A DNA stretch of 64,000 nucleotides, taken from positions 179,311 through 243,310 of the forward strand of contig JAYPEI010000002.1 in assembly GCA_038125665.1 (NCBI GenBank), read 5' to 3'. The DNA comes from Enterobacteriaceae bacterium. Lineage in GTDB: Bacteria; Pseudomonadota; Gammaproteobacteria; Pseudomonadales; Pseudohongiellaceae. Each line of letters starts with the position of its first letter. Positions within the stretch are counted from its first letter, which is position 1. Below, one piece after another: positions 1 to 10,145 of this stretch. Under the pieces are notes generated by a model. That model saw only the letters and a list, made by a program, of their open reading frames with translations, was not told where the DNA came from and searched no databases. Position numbers and translations under genes: made by a program.

Positions 1-2106
1 AATAGAGTAGATCTGGAGCCCCTGCGAATGAATGAATTGCAAAGCGGCCCCCTATCAGCTGAATTTGACTACGTGGCCGCGTTCAATAATCTAGATATAG
101 ATGCCCTCAAGGCTGATCTGGTCAGCCTAATGACTACCTCCCAAGACTGGTGGCCTGCCGATTATGGACACTATGGCCCATTCTTTATTCGTATGGCATG
201 GCATAGCGCTGGTACCTACCGCACCTCTGATGGCCGCGGTGGCTCAGATGGTGGCTTCCTACGTTTTGCTCCTCTCAACAGCTGGCCAGATAACGCAAAT
301 CTTGATAAAGCGGTGCGCCTTTTACAACCTATCAAGCAAAAATACGGTAACAACATCAGCTGGGCAGATTTGATTGTGCTTGCTGGTACAGTAGCTATGG
401 AATCAATGGGATTTGAAACCTTCGGCTTTGCCGGTGGACGCATCGATAGCTGGGTAGCGAACAATACTGACTGGGGCTCTGAAGCTCAGTGGCTTGAAGA
501 TAATCGTCACAGTGGTAACAGAGACCTTAAGCGTCCCCTTGGTGCCACTCAGATGGGTCTTATCTATGTAAATCCAGAAGGTCCTAACGGGACGCCAGAC
601 CCTCTCGCAGCTGCTCATGATATTCGTGAAACCTTTGGTCGTATGGCTATGAACGACGAAGAGACAGCGGCTCTGATTGCTGGTGGTCATACTTTTGGTA
701 AGGCCCACGGTGCTGCAAAAGCATCCGAATGCGTTGGTGTAGAGCCGGAGGCTGGTCAGGTTGAAGATCAAGCACTCGGTTGGAAAAATAATTGTGAGAC
801 AGGTAAAGGGATAGACACTATTACTTCAGGTCTGGAAGGTGCTTGGACAGTTAATCCAACCCAGTGGACACACAATTATCTGCAAAACCTCTACGGCTAT
901 GATTGGGTAATGAGCAAGAGTCCTGGTGGTGCCACTCAATGGGTGCCTTCTGATGGAGCAGCAAGTAACTTAGTTCCAGATGCACATGATCCATCAAAAC
1001 GTCATGCCCCAATTATGTTTACCACAGACTTATCCTTACGCGAAGATCCAGGTTACCGTGAAGTCACTTCACGTTGGTTGGAAAATCCAGAGGAATTCAG
1101 TGCTGCTTTTGGTAGGGCGTGGTTCAAGCTTACTCACCGTGATCTGGGACCCAGCACTCGTTACTTGGGTTCTTTGGCTCCAAACGAACAGATGATCTGG
1201 CAGGATCCTATTCCTGCTGTTGGCTACACGCTAATTGATGAGTCTGATGCTAATGCTATTAAAGTGACCATTCTTGATTCAGGCCTGTCAGTAGGAGACC
1301 TGGTTCGTACTGCATGGGCCGGCGCTGTGACTTATCGCAATACTGATATGCGGGGCGGCATCAATGGTGCGCGTTTAGCCTTGGCACCTCAAAAGGATTG
1401 GTCAGTGAACGATCCTACAGAACTGGATCGAGTTCTAAGTGTTCTTAAAAGGATTCAGGAAGACTTTAATGATAAGGCTACTGGTAGAAAAAAAGTCTCA
1501 CTCGCAGATTTGATAGTGTTAGCAGGTAATGCAGGAGTTGAAGCAGCAGCGGCAGCGGCAGGTCATGACATTGAGGTACCTTTTATCGCAGGCCGAAACG
1601 ATACCTCGCAAGAACTTACGGATGTAAGTTCCTTTGCAGTTCTTGAGCCTACATCTGATGGGTTCCGCAACTATCATGACGATAATTCTTTACATGGGCC
1701 AGTGGATTCACTAGTGGATAAGGCTTCAGTATTAGGCTTAACTTCCAGTGAGATGACTGCCCTTGTTGGTGGCATGCGTGTCATGGATGCCAACTACGGA
1801 TCATCTAAAGCGGGCGTGTTAACTGCGACCCCAGGTGTGCTGAACAACCACTTCTTTGTAAACCTGGTGGATATGTCTACTGAATGGTCTAACACCGGTA
1901 ACGGTATTTATGAAGGTAAGGACCGTAGTACTGGTGATGTGAAGTGGACAGCGACTCCAGTTGACCTGATCTTTGGTTCCAACACAGAGCTACGAGCTAT
2001 CACTGAGTTCTATGCTCAAAATGATAGTGAAGAAAAGTTTCTAGATGACTTCGTCTCAGCGTGGACCAAAGTTATGGAGGCTGATCGCTTTGATCTTCAT
2101 CGATAG
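1..2106 (+). CDS. katG: catalase-peroxidase KatG, 5' end cut by window edge
   Basis: Frame 1 is open from base 1. The residues NRVDLEPLR before the listed Met align with the KatG N-terminal region. Motifs seen: [13 protein letters not shown] (distal His/Arg), [10 protein letters not shown] (proximal His), a duplicated peroxidase-like C-terminal half, and a C-terminal DRFDL. Confidence 0.97.
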   Translation, partial: NRVDLEPLRMNELQSGPLSAEFDYVAAFNNLDIDALKADLVSLMTTSQDWWPADYGHYGPFFIRMAWHSAGTYRTSDGRGGSDGGFLRFAPLNSWPDNANLDKAVRLLQPIKQKYGNNISWADLIVLAGTVAMESMGFETFGFAGGRIDSWVANNTDWGSEAQWLEDNRHSGNRDLKRPLGATQMGLIYVNPEGPNGTPDPLAAAHDIRETFGRMAMNDEETAALIAGGHTFGKAHGAAKASECVGVEPEAGQVEDQALGWKNNCETGKGIDTITSGLEGAWTVNPTQWTHNYLQNLYGYDWVMSKSPGGATQWVPSDGAASNLVPDAHDPSKRHAPIMFTTDLSLREDPGYREVTSRWLENPEEFSAAFGRAWFKLTHRDLGPSTRYLGSLAPNEQMIWQDPIPAVGYTLIDESDANAIKVTILDSGLSVGDLVRTAWAGAVTYRNTDMRGGINGARLALAPQKDWSVNDPTELDRVLSVLKRIQEDFNDKATGRKKVSLADLIVLAGNAGVEAAAAAAGHDIEVPFIAGRNDTSQELTDVSSFAVLEPTSDGFRNYHDDNSLHGPVDSLVDKASVLGLTSSEMTALVGGMRVMDANYGSSKAGVLTATPGVLNNHFFVNLVDMSTEWSNTGNGIYEGKDRSTGDVKWTATPVDLIFGSNTELRAITEFYAQNDSEEKFLDDFVSAWTKVMEADRFDLHR

Positions 2107-2153
2107 CGCAGTTTTAAATTAGCGTAGCATCCCCTCGCTACTGCTATTTGCTT

Positions 2154-2179
2154 AAGGCGACCGTTTGGTCGCCTTTTTT
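2154..2179 (+). terminator. rho-independent terminator after katG
   Basis: Perfect 9-bp stem aaggcgacc / ggtcgcctt with a gttt loop, running into a T6 tract, 48 nt after the katG stop. Confidence 0.75.
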
Positions 2180-2272
2180 CGTAATATTTTTTTTATTGTT
2201 AATAGGCCTTTTCTGATACGCTAACTCAATATTTACTAATTTATTCACCGCTAGTTAAGGGATGGATGACAC

Positions 2273-3310
2273 ATGTCATTAGCTTGGATTAACCCTCAAA
2301 TCAGAGCAGAAACTAAGCTTTTGAAAAGTAAGTTTAAGCAAGCAAGCCCATTTCCTTACTTGGTCCTAGAAAACTTTTTTGCTCTTCCTGTAGCACAAAC
2401 GTTGCTCGATGACTTTCCAATTTTTGATGAAGGCTTGGCTAAAGATGAAAATAGCAATGTTGGCAAGAAATCTGTCCATCAGCATATTAATAAGCTAGGT
2501 AGCTCTTATTCCTCTCTCGATAGATTAGTCCGGTCTGCTGAATTTCTACAATTAGTTGAAGAGATGACTGGTATAGGTCCACTAATTTATGACCCCTACT
2601 ATTATGGTGGTGGGACCCATGAAAATTTACATGGACAAGAACTTGACCCCCACGTGGATTTCACTCTCCATCCGAAATTAAAACTGCATAGAAGGCTCAA
2701 TCTCATTCTGTATTTAAATAAGCAGTGGGAGGAGGAGTGGGGTGGGAATATTCAATTTCATCGCAACCCAAGATTACCTGAAAATCAAGATGAAATTATC
2801 ACAGTAAGACCTTTATTTAATCGGGCCGTACTATTCGCTACCGATAACACCAGTTGGCATGGGTTCAAAAGAATTAACCTGCCCGAACAGTACAGGGAGA
2901 TCTTCTCTCGTAAGTCGATTGCGCTTTATTTTTATACAGAGGAACGCGAGCCCCCAGTACGTCCGCATTCGACGATTTATGTGGAAAGACATCTTCCTAA
3001 CAGTGTTCAGCCAGGATCCCCGCTCAACCCAGAGGATTATGAGGAAATCCAACGTCTATTGAGCAGACGAGATCAGCATCTTGCGAGACTTTACAATAAT
3101 ATCAGTCAATTGATGCAGAGAGTTGATAGCGTAAAAACTCCATTTTCTAAGCAAATAAGTGCTAATCAACAAATGGTAGAAGATTTGAATAAGGAAGAAT
3201 TAGTGAAGCGTGTCATAGAAATAGAAAACTCTAACTCTTGGCGCTTGACTGCACCGCTACGTCAGGCAAGATATCTCTTAAATAAATTGACTAACTATTT
3301 TAATTCGTGA
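2273..3310 (+). CDS. 2OG-Fe(II) oxygenase superfamily protein (prolyl-4-hydroxylase-like) with C-terminal coiled-coil tail
   Basis: 345-aa ORF. It has an H-x-D motif (DPHVDF), a distal His (SWHGF) and NRAVLF typical of the P4H-like double-stranded beta-helix fold. The C-terminal ~90 aa are heptad-like and end in [11 protein letters not shown]. The gene stops 19 nt before the next gene. Confidence 0.7.
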   Translation: MSLAWINPQIRAETKLLKSKFKQASPFPYLVLENFFALPVAQTLLDDFPIFDEGLAKDENSNVGKKSVHQHINKLGSSYSSLDRLVRSAEFLQLVEEMTGIGPLIYDPYYYGGGTHENLHGQELDPHVDFTLHPKLKLHRRLNLILYLNKQWEEEWGGNIQFHRNPRLPENQDEIITVRPLFNRAVLFATDNTSWHGFKRINLPEQYREIFSRKSIALYFYTEEREPPVRPHSTIYVERHLPNSVQPGSPLNPEDYEEIQRLLSRRDQHLARLYNNISQLMQRVDSVKTPFSKQISANQQMVEDLNKEELVKRVIEIENSNSWRLTAPLRQARYLLNKLTNYFNS

Positions 3311-3329
3311 TGAGAGAGGACACTGCTTT

Positions 3330-3824
3330 ATGCAACTCTTAGTTAATGATGAACTTTACGAGGTGGATGTTGAGGATGACATGCCCTTACTTTGGGTAAT
3401 AAGGGATGTCCTAAATCTCAAAGGGACCAAATATGGCTGTGGTATCGCTCAGTGTGGTGCATGCACAGTGCATTTAGATGGAGAATTGGTACGCTCATGC
3501 TCTATGCCTGTCGTAGCCGCTCAAGGAAAAGCGATCAGAACTATTGAGGGTCTATCGAAGGATAGTTCGCACCCACTGCAATTAGCCTGGATAGAGCATC
3601 AAGTCCCTCAATGTGGTTACTGTCAATCAGGCCAGTTAATGGCTGCTGCCGCCTTGTTGGAGAAGATTCCCCAACCCACAGATGCTGATATTGAGGCTAC
3701 CATGACAAATATCTGCCGCTGCGGTACCTATGTTCGTATTAAAAGTGCCATCCGAGACATTGCTGGTAATTACTATGAAGTGGCAGAAGCTGCAAAAAGT
3801 AAACTTGAGGAGGGAGGAGCATGA
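3330..3824 (+). CDS. (2Fe-2S)-binding small subunit of an aldehyde oxidase / isoquinoline 1-oxidoreductase-type Moco dehydrogenase
   Basis: Two 2Fe-2S cysteine clusters are present: [11 protein letters not shown] and CGYCQSGQ...CRCGTY. Size is 164 aa. A 4-nt ATGA overlap links it to the large-subunit gene. Confidence 0.9.
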   Translation: MQLLVNDELYEVDVEDDMPLLWVIRDVLNLKGTKYGCGIAQCGACTVHLDGELVRSCSMPVVAAQGKAIRTIEGLSKDSSHPLQLAWIEHQVPQCGYCQSGQLMAAAALLEKIPQPTDADIEATMTNICRCGTYVRIKSAIRDIAGNYYEVAEAAKSKLEEGGA

Positions 3825-5992
3825 AAAACACTTTGCCAACTTCAAGACGAGGATTCCTCTGTGCTACTGCCGGAGTAAGCGGGAGTTTTGCGCTGGGTAT
3901 TGAGCTCGGCGGAGCCCAAGCCTTAGAGGCTGCAGAAAATGCTAATAAGCGTATCAACATCTGGGTTGAAATAGCCCCAGACGATACTGTTGATATTAAG
4001 TTTGCCCGCAGTGAGATGGGGCAGGGTTCACTCACCTCTGCCCCCCAGTTGGTTGCGGATGAACTCGATGCTAGCTGGGAACAAGTACGCATTTCTTATG
4101 TTGATGCAAATGAACACATGCGAAGAAATAGGGCTTGGGGTGATATGGCAACGGTAGGTAGCCGGACCATTCGTAATTCTCAGGATTATCTGCGTACTGC
4201 AGGGGCCACGGCGAAAGCCATGTTGCTAACAGCAGCATCACAAAAATGGTCCGTTCCATTAAGTGAGCTGACTGTAAATCAAGGGATTATCTCCCATGAA
4301 GCTTCCAATCGGCGTACAGGTTTTGGATCCCTTGCAGCCCTTGCAGCTACTCTCGCAATACCCGAGGAGGTATCCCTAAAAGACCCATCTGGTTGGCATA
4401 TTATCGGAAAATCTGTCCCGCGGATTGATATACCTGCTTCCGTTGATGGTTCTCAGGTCTATGGTATCGATATTGAACTGCCTGACATGTTGCACGCATC
4501 AATTGCACAGAGTCCAGTCTTCGGCGGTAAAGTGCGCACATTTGATGCAGAAAAAGCTAAAGGTCGCCGCGGGATTTTAGAGGTCTTTACCATCGATGAA
4601 GGTAAGGCTTTGGTTGTTGTCGCTGATAATTGGTGGCGTGCTAAGCAAGCTCTGCAGGAAGTCGTTATTGAGTGGGATAACCAAGGTAATGATTCTATAG
4701 GTGATGCTGAATTGATTGCACAGTTCACTATGGCTTTATCAGCACCTGAAGCAGCGGCATTACCTAACAATCGAGGGGATGCAGAAACTGCCTTAGCGTC
4801 TAGTAAGACAGTTCTTGAAGCTGATTATTACACACCGTTTTTAAGCCATTCACCAATGGAACCTATGGGAGCCACTGTACAAATAGCCAATGATAGAGTG
4901 GACATTTGGTGTTCTACACAGAATGCTGAAGGATGTCTTGTAGCGGTTGCCAACGCATTACAAAGAGATGTCACTGATGTCTATTTGCATAGGGTCCAAG
5001 CAGGGGGTGGTTTCGGACGACGTGGAGGCGGAGACGAATATGCAGCCCAAGCTGCACTAATAGCAGCACATTTAAGGACACAACGACCAGTCAAACTTCT
5101 CTGGACTCGAGAAGAAGACATGCAACATGACTTTTATCGTCCATTAGGGATGTATCGTTTAAAGGCAGGCCTTAATGAGGAAGGTAAAATTACAGGATGG
5201 GAGGCACGTATTGCCAGTGGGTCTATTTTGAATCAAATGCGTGGTGTTCCTCTGGCTCGCGGAGTTGATGGTCCAGCGACTGAGGGTTTTCTACATCTGC
5301 CCTATGAGATAGCAGATCAGAAACAAAGTTATAAGCAGGTAAATACTCATGTTCCGCTTGGATTCTGGCGCACAGTAGGTTGGTCACAGACTCCCTTTGC
5401 CCGCGAGCAATTCATTGATGAGTTAGCATTGGCGGCAGGAAAAGATCCCTTAGCATTCAGATTAGAACACATGCCTGAGGATGAACTCTCCAGACATATT
5501 CTGGAGGTAGCAGCTGAAGCAGCCAATTGGTCATCAAAACCAGTTCAAGGAGTTTATCGTGGCATTGCAACGACTGAGCCTTACGGTTCTTATACGGCTG
5601 CGGTTGTTGAGCTTTCGGTAGATGACAGTGGTGCAATAAAGGTCCATCGAATCATTCAAGCCATTAACTGTGGTCATGCAGTGAATCCACTCAATATTGA
5701 AGCACAACTACAGGGTGCTACTGTATGGACCCTTACCGCTGCGATGTGGGGTGAGATTAATATTTCTGAAGGCAGAGTAATGCAGAGCAATTTCCATGAC
5801 TATCGAATGCTAAGGCTTGCTGAAATGCCTCACGTAGAAGTAGTGATCGCTAATACCGGCGGATTCTGGGGAGGAGTTGGAGAGCCTGGACAAGCTCCTT
5901 TATTACCCGCATTCTGTAATGCATTGTATGCGGCTACAGGTAAGCGTATTCGGAAATTGCCACTACATCACTTTGGTTATCGCTTCGCTTAA
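3821..5992 (+). CDS. molybdopterin-binding large subunit (IorB / aldehyde oxidase family), Tat-exported
   Basis: Twin-arginine leader [12 protein letters not shown]...AQA. The 723-aa size and the motifs GGGFGRRG and EPGQAP are typical of xanthine dehydrogenase family beta subunits. Confidence 0.88.
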   Translation: MKNTLPTSRRGFLCATAGVSGSFALGIELGGAQALEAAENANKRINIWVEIAPDDTVDIKFARSEMGQGSLTSAPQLVADELDASWEQVRISYVDANEHMRRNRAWGDMATVGSRTIRNSQDYLRTAGATAKAMLLTAASQKWSVPLSELTVNQGIISHEASNRRTGFGSLAALAATLAIPEEVSLKDPSGWHIIGKSVPRIDIPASVDGSQVYGIDIELPDMLHASIAQSPVFGGKVRTFDAEKAKGRRGILEVFTIDEGKALVVVADNWWRAKQALQEVVIEWDNQGNDSIGDAELIAQFTMALSAPEAAALPNNRGDAETALASSKTVLEADYYTPFLSHSPMEPMGATVQIANDRVDIWCSTQNAEGCLVAVANALQRDVTDVYLHRVQAGGGFGRRGGGDEYAAQAALIAAHLRTQRPVKLLWTREEDMQHDFYRPLGMYRLKAGLNEEGKITGWEARIASGSILNQMRGVPLARGVDGPATEGFLHLPYEIADQKQSYKQVNTHVPLGFWRTVGWSQTPFAREQFIDELALAAGKDPLAFRLEHMPEDELSRHILEVAAEAANWSSKPVQGVYRGIATTEPYGSYTAAVVELSVDDSGAIKVHRIIQAINCGHAVNPLNIEAQLQGATVWTLTAAMWGEINISEGRVMQSNFHDYRMLRLAEMPHVEVVIANTGGFWGGVGEPGQAPLLPAFCNALYAATGKRIRKLPLHHFGYRFA

Positions 5993-6049
5993 TGTATATT
6001 GATAGCGCAAGGTATTATAGATTGAAAATTTTTTTTTTTAATTAAATAT

Positions 6050-7384
6050 CTACCATGAAACAAGTCCTTGGAGAAACAAGTATCGAGTGTCTGCAGGGTC
6101 TTTAACGCCAGGAGCAGTTTGCAAGTAAAGGCTCTTTTGTAAGAGGACTAATCCAGCTTCCAAACTGAGTTTCTCAGTCATTTTGTAATTAAATCGCCCC
6201 TCGAACATAGTTCCTAGTTCATTTCCGCTGGCGCCACTGAGGTCTTGTAAATCTGCATGTGCAGATAAATCTGTGGCCTGATCAGTGATGAGTTGACGCA
6301 GAAAAAATTGGAGATGCAGTTTTTTTGTGGGGGAGTAGGTGAATTTAAGCGCGGGTGATTTTAAATTTGCTCTTTTTATACCACCGATGAGGCCCACCGC
6401 CCCAAAATCCAATCTAGGTAGGCCATAAAGTTGATTGAAGCGTTCATTTTCAGCAGAGCCTATTTTATCTCCGCTGACATAGTCGTAAAGAAGGAAAATC
6501 CTTGGTGATCCTGGAGAACTAAGCATATACCCTATTTCTGTATGAATAAGGTGCCCCTTAGCGATATCTTGCTGCAGATGTCCAAATTGCTGCATTAATT
6601 CGAGATTGAATTCAGCTTTACCTAAGTTGCTTGGTCCAAAGTTGAACTGCTTAAGATTATAGCCAATAGTATGAAGTGGACCCTTGGCGGCAGGCGTTGA
6701 GTATCCAAAGTAGAAGAACTCTTGATTAAGATTTCCAGAAAATTCGCTATGAATCCCCCAGATTTCATTTTTTCCAGTTTTGTCTAATCCCTGCTTGTGG
6801 TCTGCTAGTTCGCTGAAAGAGTTTGGAAGACGCAACACAGGGCGAAGGTACATAGCTTGTATTTGCATAGAATGCCAGTTGAGCTTTGTCTGGATTCCAT
6901 CAAAAGAGTTAACTGTATTCCGAAACACCTGCCTTCCAATTAATCGCCGTGAACCGACATCAAGGGTCATCCTACCCAATTGCAAGGAGAATAATTCCCC
7001 ATGTCGCCAACCTAACCAAACTTGAATTGGCTCTAAGACATTGACATCATCATTGCCAAGAGGGGTTGCTGGCTCTATGTGAAAAGCTCTGGCATCCCTT
7101 AACTCCAGCATACCATTGAAGTTCGATTTTCGAATCGAAAAGCCAACATCCGCCATCGTTGAGTACAAGGATAATTGACCAGCCGCATTGGCTTGGTAGG
7201 GGTGCTGGACAATCTCATTGCGAAAACGCAAGCTACCAAAGGAAGCTATGCTGCTGTCATCAGCAAGCACAAAGGGACTTTGACACAGAATTAGAAAAAA
7301 AACGAAACTGCAGGCAAATGACAAATTTAACCTATTGTGTGTTTCTAAGCACAGAGTAATCACAAAGGGCTTTACAAGGAACAT
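6050..7384 (-). CDS. outer-membrane beta-barrel protein, alginate-export (AlgE-like porin) family candidate; start uncertain
   Basis: GSLRFRNE and RNTVNSFDGIQ resemble alginate_exp family motifs. The sequence has an alternating beta-strand pattern and a C-terminal aromatic residue (LVSW). The ORF-track start at 7444 would overlap modA. ATG at 7384 or TTG at 7324 (giving signal peptide SFACSFVFFLILCQSPFVLA/DD) is more plausible. Confidence 0.55.
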   Translation of the reverse strand: MFLVKPFVITLCLETHNRLNLSFACSFVFFLILCQSPFVLADDSSIASFGSLRFRNEIVQHPYQANAAGQLSLYSTMADVGFSIRKSNFNGMLELRDARAFHIEPATPLGNDDVNVLEPIQVWLGWRHGELFSLQLGRMTLDVGSRRLIGRQVFRNTVNSFDGIQTKLNWHSMQIQAMYLRPVLRLPNSFSELADHKQGLDKTGKNEIWGIHSEFSGNLNQEFFYFGYSTPAAKGPLHTIGYNLKQFNFGPSNLGKAEFNLELMQQFGHLQQDIAKGHLIHTEIGYMLSSPGSPRIFLLYDYVSGDKIGSAENERFNQLYGLPRLDFGAVGLIGGIKRANLKSPALKFTYSPTKKLHLQFFLRQLITDQATDLSAHADLQDLSGASGNELGTMFEGRFNYKMTEKLSLEAGLVLLQKSLYLQTAPGVKDPADTRYLFLQGLVSW

Positions 7385-7407
7385 GACAAGGAATAGTGTG
7401 TGGGGCG

Positions 7408-8175
7408 ATGCGAAAATATAATCATAAAGTGGGTCAGCTATCAATTATTTTAGCCGCTACATTATTACAAAGTCTTATTCTATTAGCTCCTTTAACTGTA
7501 GTTCATGCATCAACAGTAACCGTAGCTGTTGCATCAAACTATGCTCGGCCTTTGCAACAAATTGCCGAGCGTTTTACTCAACACACTGGTCATAATGTCC
7601 GCCTTAGTAGTGGTTCATCTGGTCAGCTGGCTACCCAAATCCAAAATGGTGCCCCATTTGATATATTTCTTTCAGCCGATCAGGCTTTACCAGAAAAATT
7701 AGAAGCTCTTGGTCTTACTGTTAAGGGCTCTCGCTTTACTTACGCTCATGGTAGATTAGTGTTGTGGTCATTATCTATAGAAGACCCCCTCATGGCTTTA
7801 AAAAATGGGCAGTTCACACGATTAGCCTTGGCTAATCCTGAGTTGGCACCTTACGGCAAAGCTGCAGCAGAGGTGTTAGAGGCTCTCGGTTTGTCAGCCT
7901 CTGACTCTTGGGTGTTTGGTGAAAATATTTCACAAACCTATCAGTTTGTTGCTACAGCTAATGCGTCATTGGGCTTTATAGCTCACTCTCAATGGAAGAG
8001 CACAGCCCTAGCAAAAAAGGGGTATCGCTGGGAAATCCCAGAAAATTTGCATACACCAATCCTACAAGATGCGGTACTCTTGAAGAGAGGCGCTAACTCT
8101 TTAGCTGCAAGACAGCTTATGGAATTTCTTAATAGTCAAGAAGCTCAACAATTAAATGCTAGTTTAGGTTACTAG
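7408..8175 (+). CDS. modA: molybdate ABC transporter periplasmic substrate-binding protein
   Basis: It has a signal peptide, then VAVASNYARPLQQIAERFTQHTGHNVRLSSGSSGQLATQIQNGAPFDIFLSAD, the classic ModA N-lobe pattern. ATG at 7408 is preferred over GTG at 7396. No modB or modC gene follows. Confidence 0.85.
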   Translation: MRKYNHKVGQLSIILAATLLQSLILLAPLTVVHASTVTVAVASNYARPLQQIAERFTQHTGHNVRLSSGSSGQLATQIQNGAPFDIFLSADQALPEKLEALGLTVKGSRFTYAHGRLVLWSLSIEDPLMALKNGQFTRLALANPELAPYGKAAAEVLEALGLSASDSWVFGENISQTYQFVATANASLGFIAHSQWKSTALAKKGYRWEIPENLHTPILQDAVLLKRGANSLAARQLMEFLNSQEAQQLNASLGY

Positions 8176-8291
8176 GAAGGAATTAATTTCATCTCTATGC
8201 TTGATCTATGCAAAAGCTGTGAAAGTGCACAAAATTCCTCTCAGAGTTAAAGATAAAAAGAATCACTCTACAGTCACTTAAAAGGTCGATT

Positions 8292-9872
8292 ATGACTCTT
8301 CTTACTTTTTTATTTTTTACTGGCTTAGTGGCAGTTGTCACTTGGCGGATTACTCACAAAGATGATCATCACTCGAGCACGGGTTACTTTCTAGCTGGAC
8401 GTTCATTAACTTGGCCTTTCATAGCCGGGTCTTTGTTATTAACAAACCTCTCAACAGAGCAGATGGTAGGCTTAAATGGATCGGCTTACAAAGATGGACT
8501 TCTTGTTATGGCTTGGGAGGTTGTTGCGGTAGTTGCTCTTGTGACAGCAGCATTATTCTTTCTACCAAAATTTCTGCGCAGTGGTATATCAACAGTACCA
8601 GAGTTGCTGGAGCTTAGGTTTGATGCCCAGACCAGGGCATTTTGTTCGATACTGTTTTTAGTAGCTTACGCAGTGATTTTATTACCTATCATACTCTACA
8701 CGGGTGCCACGGGATTGATAGGGATGCTAGATTTATCAGCTATTATTGGGGTTTCAGACTATGACACCCTGCTTTGGTTGGTTGTTTGGTTGGTGGGTTT
8801 GCTCGGGTCTGTCTATGCCCTCTTTGGGGGTCTACGTACTGTGGTTGTCTCTGATACATTGAATGGCATTGGTCTGTTGATCGGCGGGTTGTTGATTGCC
8901 TGGCTGGGCTTATCTGAGTTGGGTGAAGGATCCGTTGGAGTTGGTTTACAAGTAGTGGCAGAAGCAAACCCTGGACGCTTAAGTTCCAACGGCAGTGAAA
9001 GTTCATCAGTACCATTTTCTACGCTTTTTTCAGGAGTTCTATTGCTGCATATGTTCTACTGGACTACAAATCAACAGATTATCCAGAGGACGCTGGGTGC
9101 TAAATCACTAGCCGAAGGTCAAAAAGGGATAATGGCAACAGGTTTCCTAAAGTTGTTTGGCCCCTTATATCTGGTCTTGCCCGGTTTAATTGCCTATGCA
9201 ATGTTCCCAGACCTTGGATCAGCGGATCAAGCATATGGCACACTTGTTAGCAACGTATTACCGGATACTCTTATTGGCTTCTTTGCAGCCGTGATGGTAG
9301 GAGCGATCTTATCAAGCTACAACTCTGCTCTGAATTCCACGTGTACACTATTTAGTCTTGGCGTTTATCAACGCTTGATTGCCCCTGAAGCAAGTGGTGA
9401 ACGAGTAGTGGCTGCGGGTAAAAAGTTTGGCTGGGTGGTCTCAGTAATAGCCATGATTGGTGCTCCTCTGCTGGCCGGGCAAAGTAGTATTTTTAATTAT
9501 TTACAGCAGATGAATGGATTATATTTTATTCCCATTTTAGCAGTTGTTTTTTGTGGCTTAATTTCTCGGCGTATGCCGGCGATATCCGCTAAAGTAACGC
9601 TTATCGTAGGGCCAGTGGGAATTGCTATTGTGTATTTCGTGCCCGTGGTGAGCCAGCAACTGGATTGGTTACATGAATACCATTTTCTTGGGCTAATGTT
9701 CGTTGCGCTTTGTCTGTTGATGCTAGCTTTACGGTTACTCAGGCCTTTAAAAGAGGACTGGGTTCAACCTGATGCCGAGGTGGTTGATATGACTCCTTGG
9801 GCTTACGTACGCTTGTCCGGTCTGGCTCTTCTGCTGGCAGTTTTGGGTATCTATAGTTTGTTTTATCAGTAA
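8292..9872 (+). CDS. sodium:solute symporter (SSF/SGLT family) transporter
   Basis: 526 aa and polytopic, with ~13-14 hydrophobic segments. GYFLAGRSLTW, LSTEQMVGLNG and WTTNQQIIQR are typical of SSF family members. Confidence 0.85.
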   Translation: MTLLTFLFFTGLVAVVTWRITHKDDHHSSTGYFLAGRSLTWPFIAGSLLLTNLSTEQMVGLNGSAYKDGLLVMAWEVVAVVALVTAALFFLPKFLRSGISTVPELLELRFDAQTRAFCSILFLVAYAVILLPIILYTGATGLIGMLDLSAIIGVSDYDTLLWLVVWLVGLLGSVYALFGGLRTVVVSDTLNGIGLLIGGLLIAWLGLSELGEGSVGVGLQVVAEANPGRLSSNGSESSSVPFSTLFSGVLLLHMFYWTTNQQIIQRTLGAKSLAEGQKGIMATGFLKLFGPLYLVLPGLIAYAMFPDLGSADQAYGTLVSNVLPDTLIGFFAAVMVGAILSSYNSALNSTCTLFSLGVYQRLIAPEASGERVVAAGKKFGWVVSVIAMIGAPLLAGQSSIFNYLQQMNGLYFIPILAVVFCGLISRRMPAISAKVTLIVGPVGIAIVYFVPVVSQQLDWLHEYHFLGLMFVALCLLMLALRLLRPLKEDWVQPDAEVVDMTPWAYVRLSGLALLLAVLGIYSLFYQ

Positions 9873-10145
9873 TCACAGTACCAATTATGTTACTCAGGTA
9901 TTTCGATATGAACATAATTAAGCCGTGTCAGTATTCAGTGAGTGTCATGAGTCAATATCATAGGCTCTAAAAGTGTTAACTCTCTAGACTCTCGTGTGCA
10001 TAATTTATTCAAAATTAGAGACTTAGATCATCTAACGGTGCTTGCTGAGAGGGTTTTAAGGTGTGCGTTATATCGGTGATTGTCGTACAATTTCATCTGT
10101 TAACAAAAACCAAGAATTTATCTGAAGTATATAGGAGTGTGCCTG

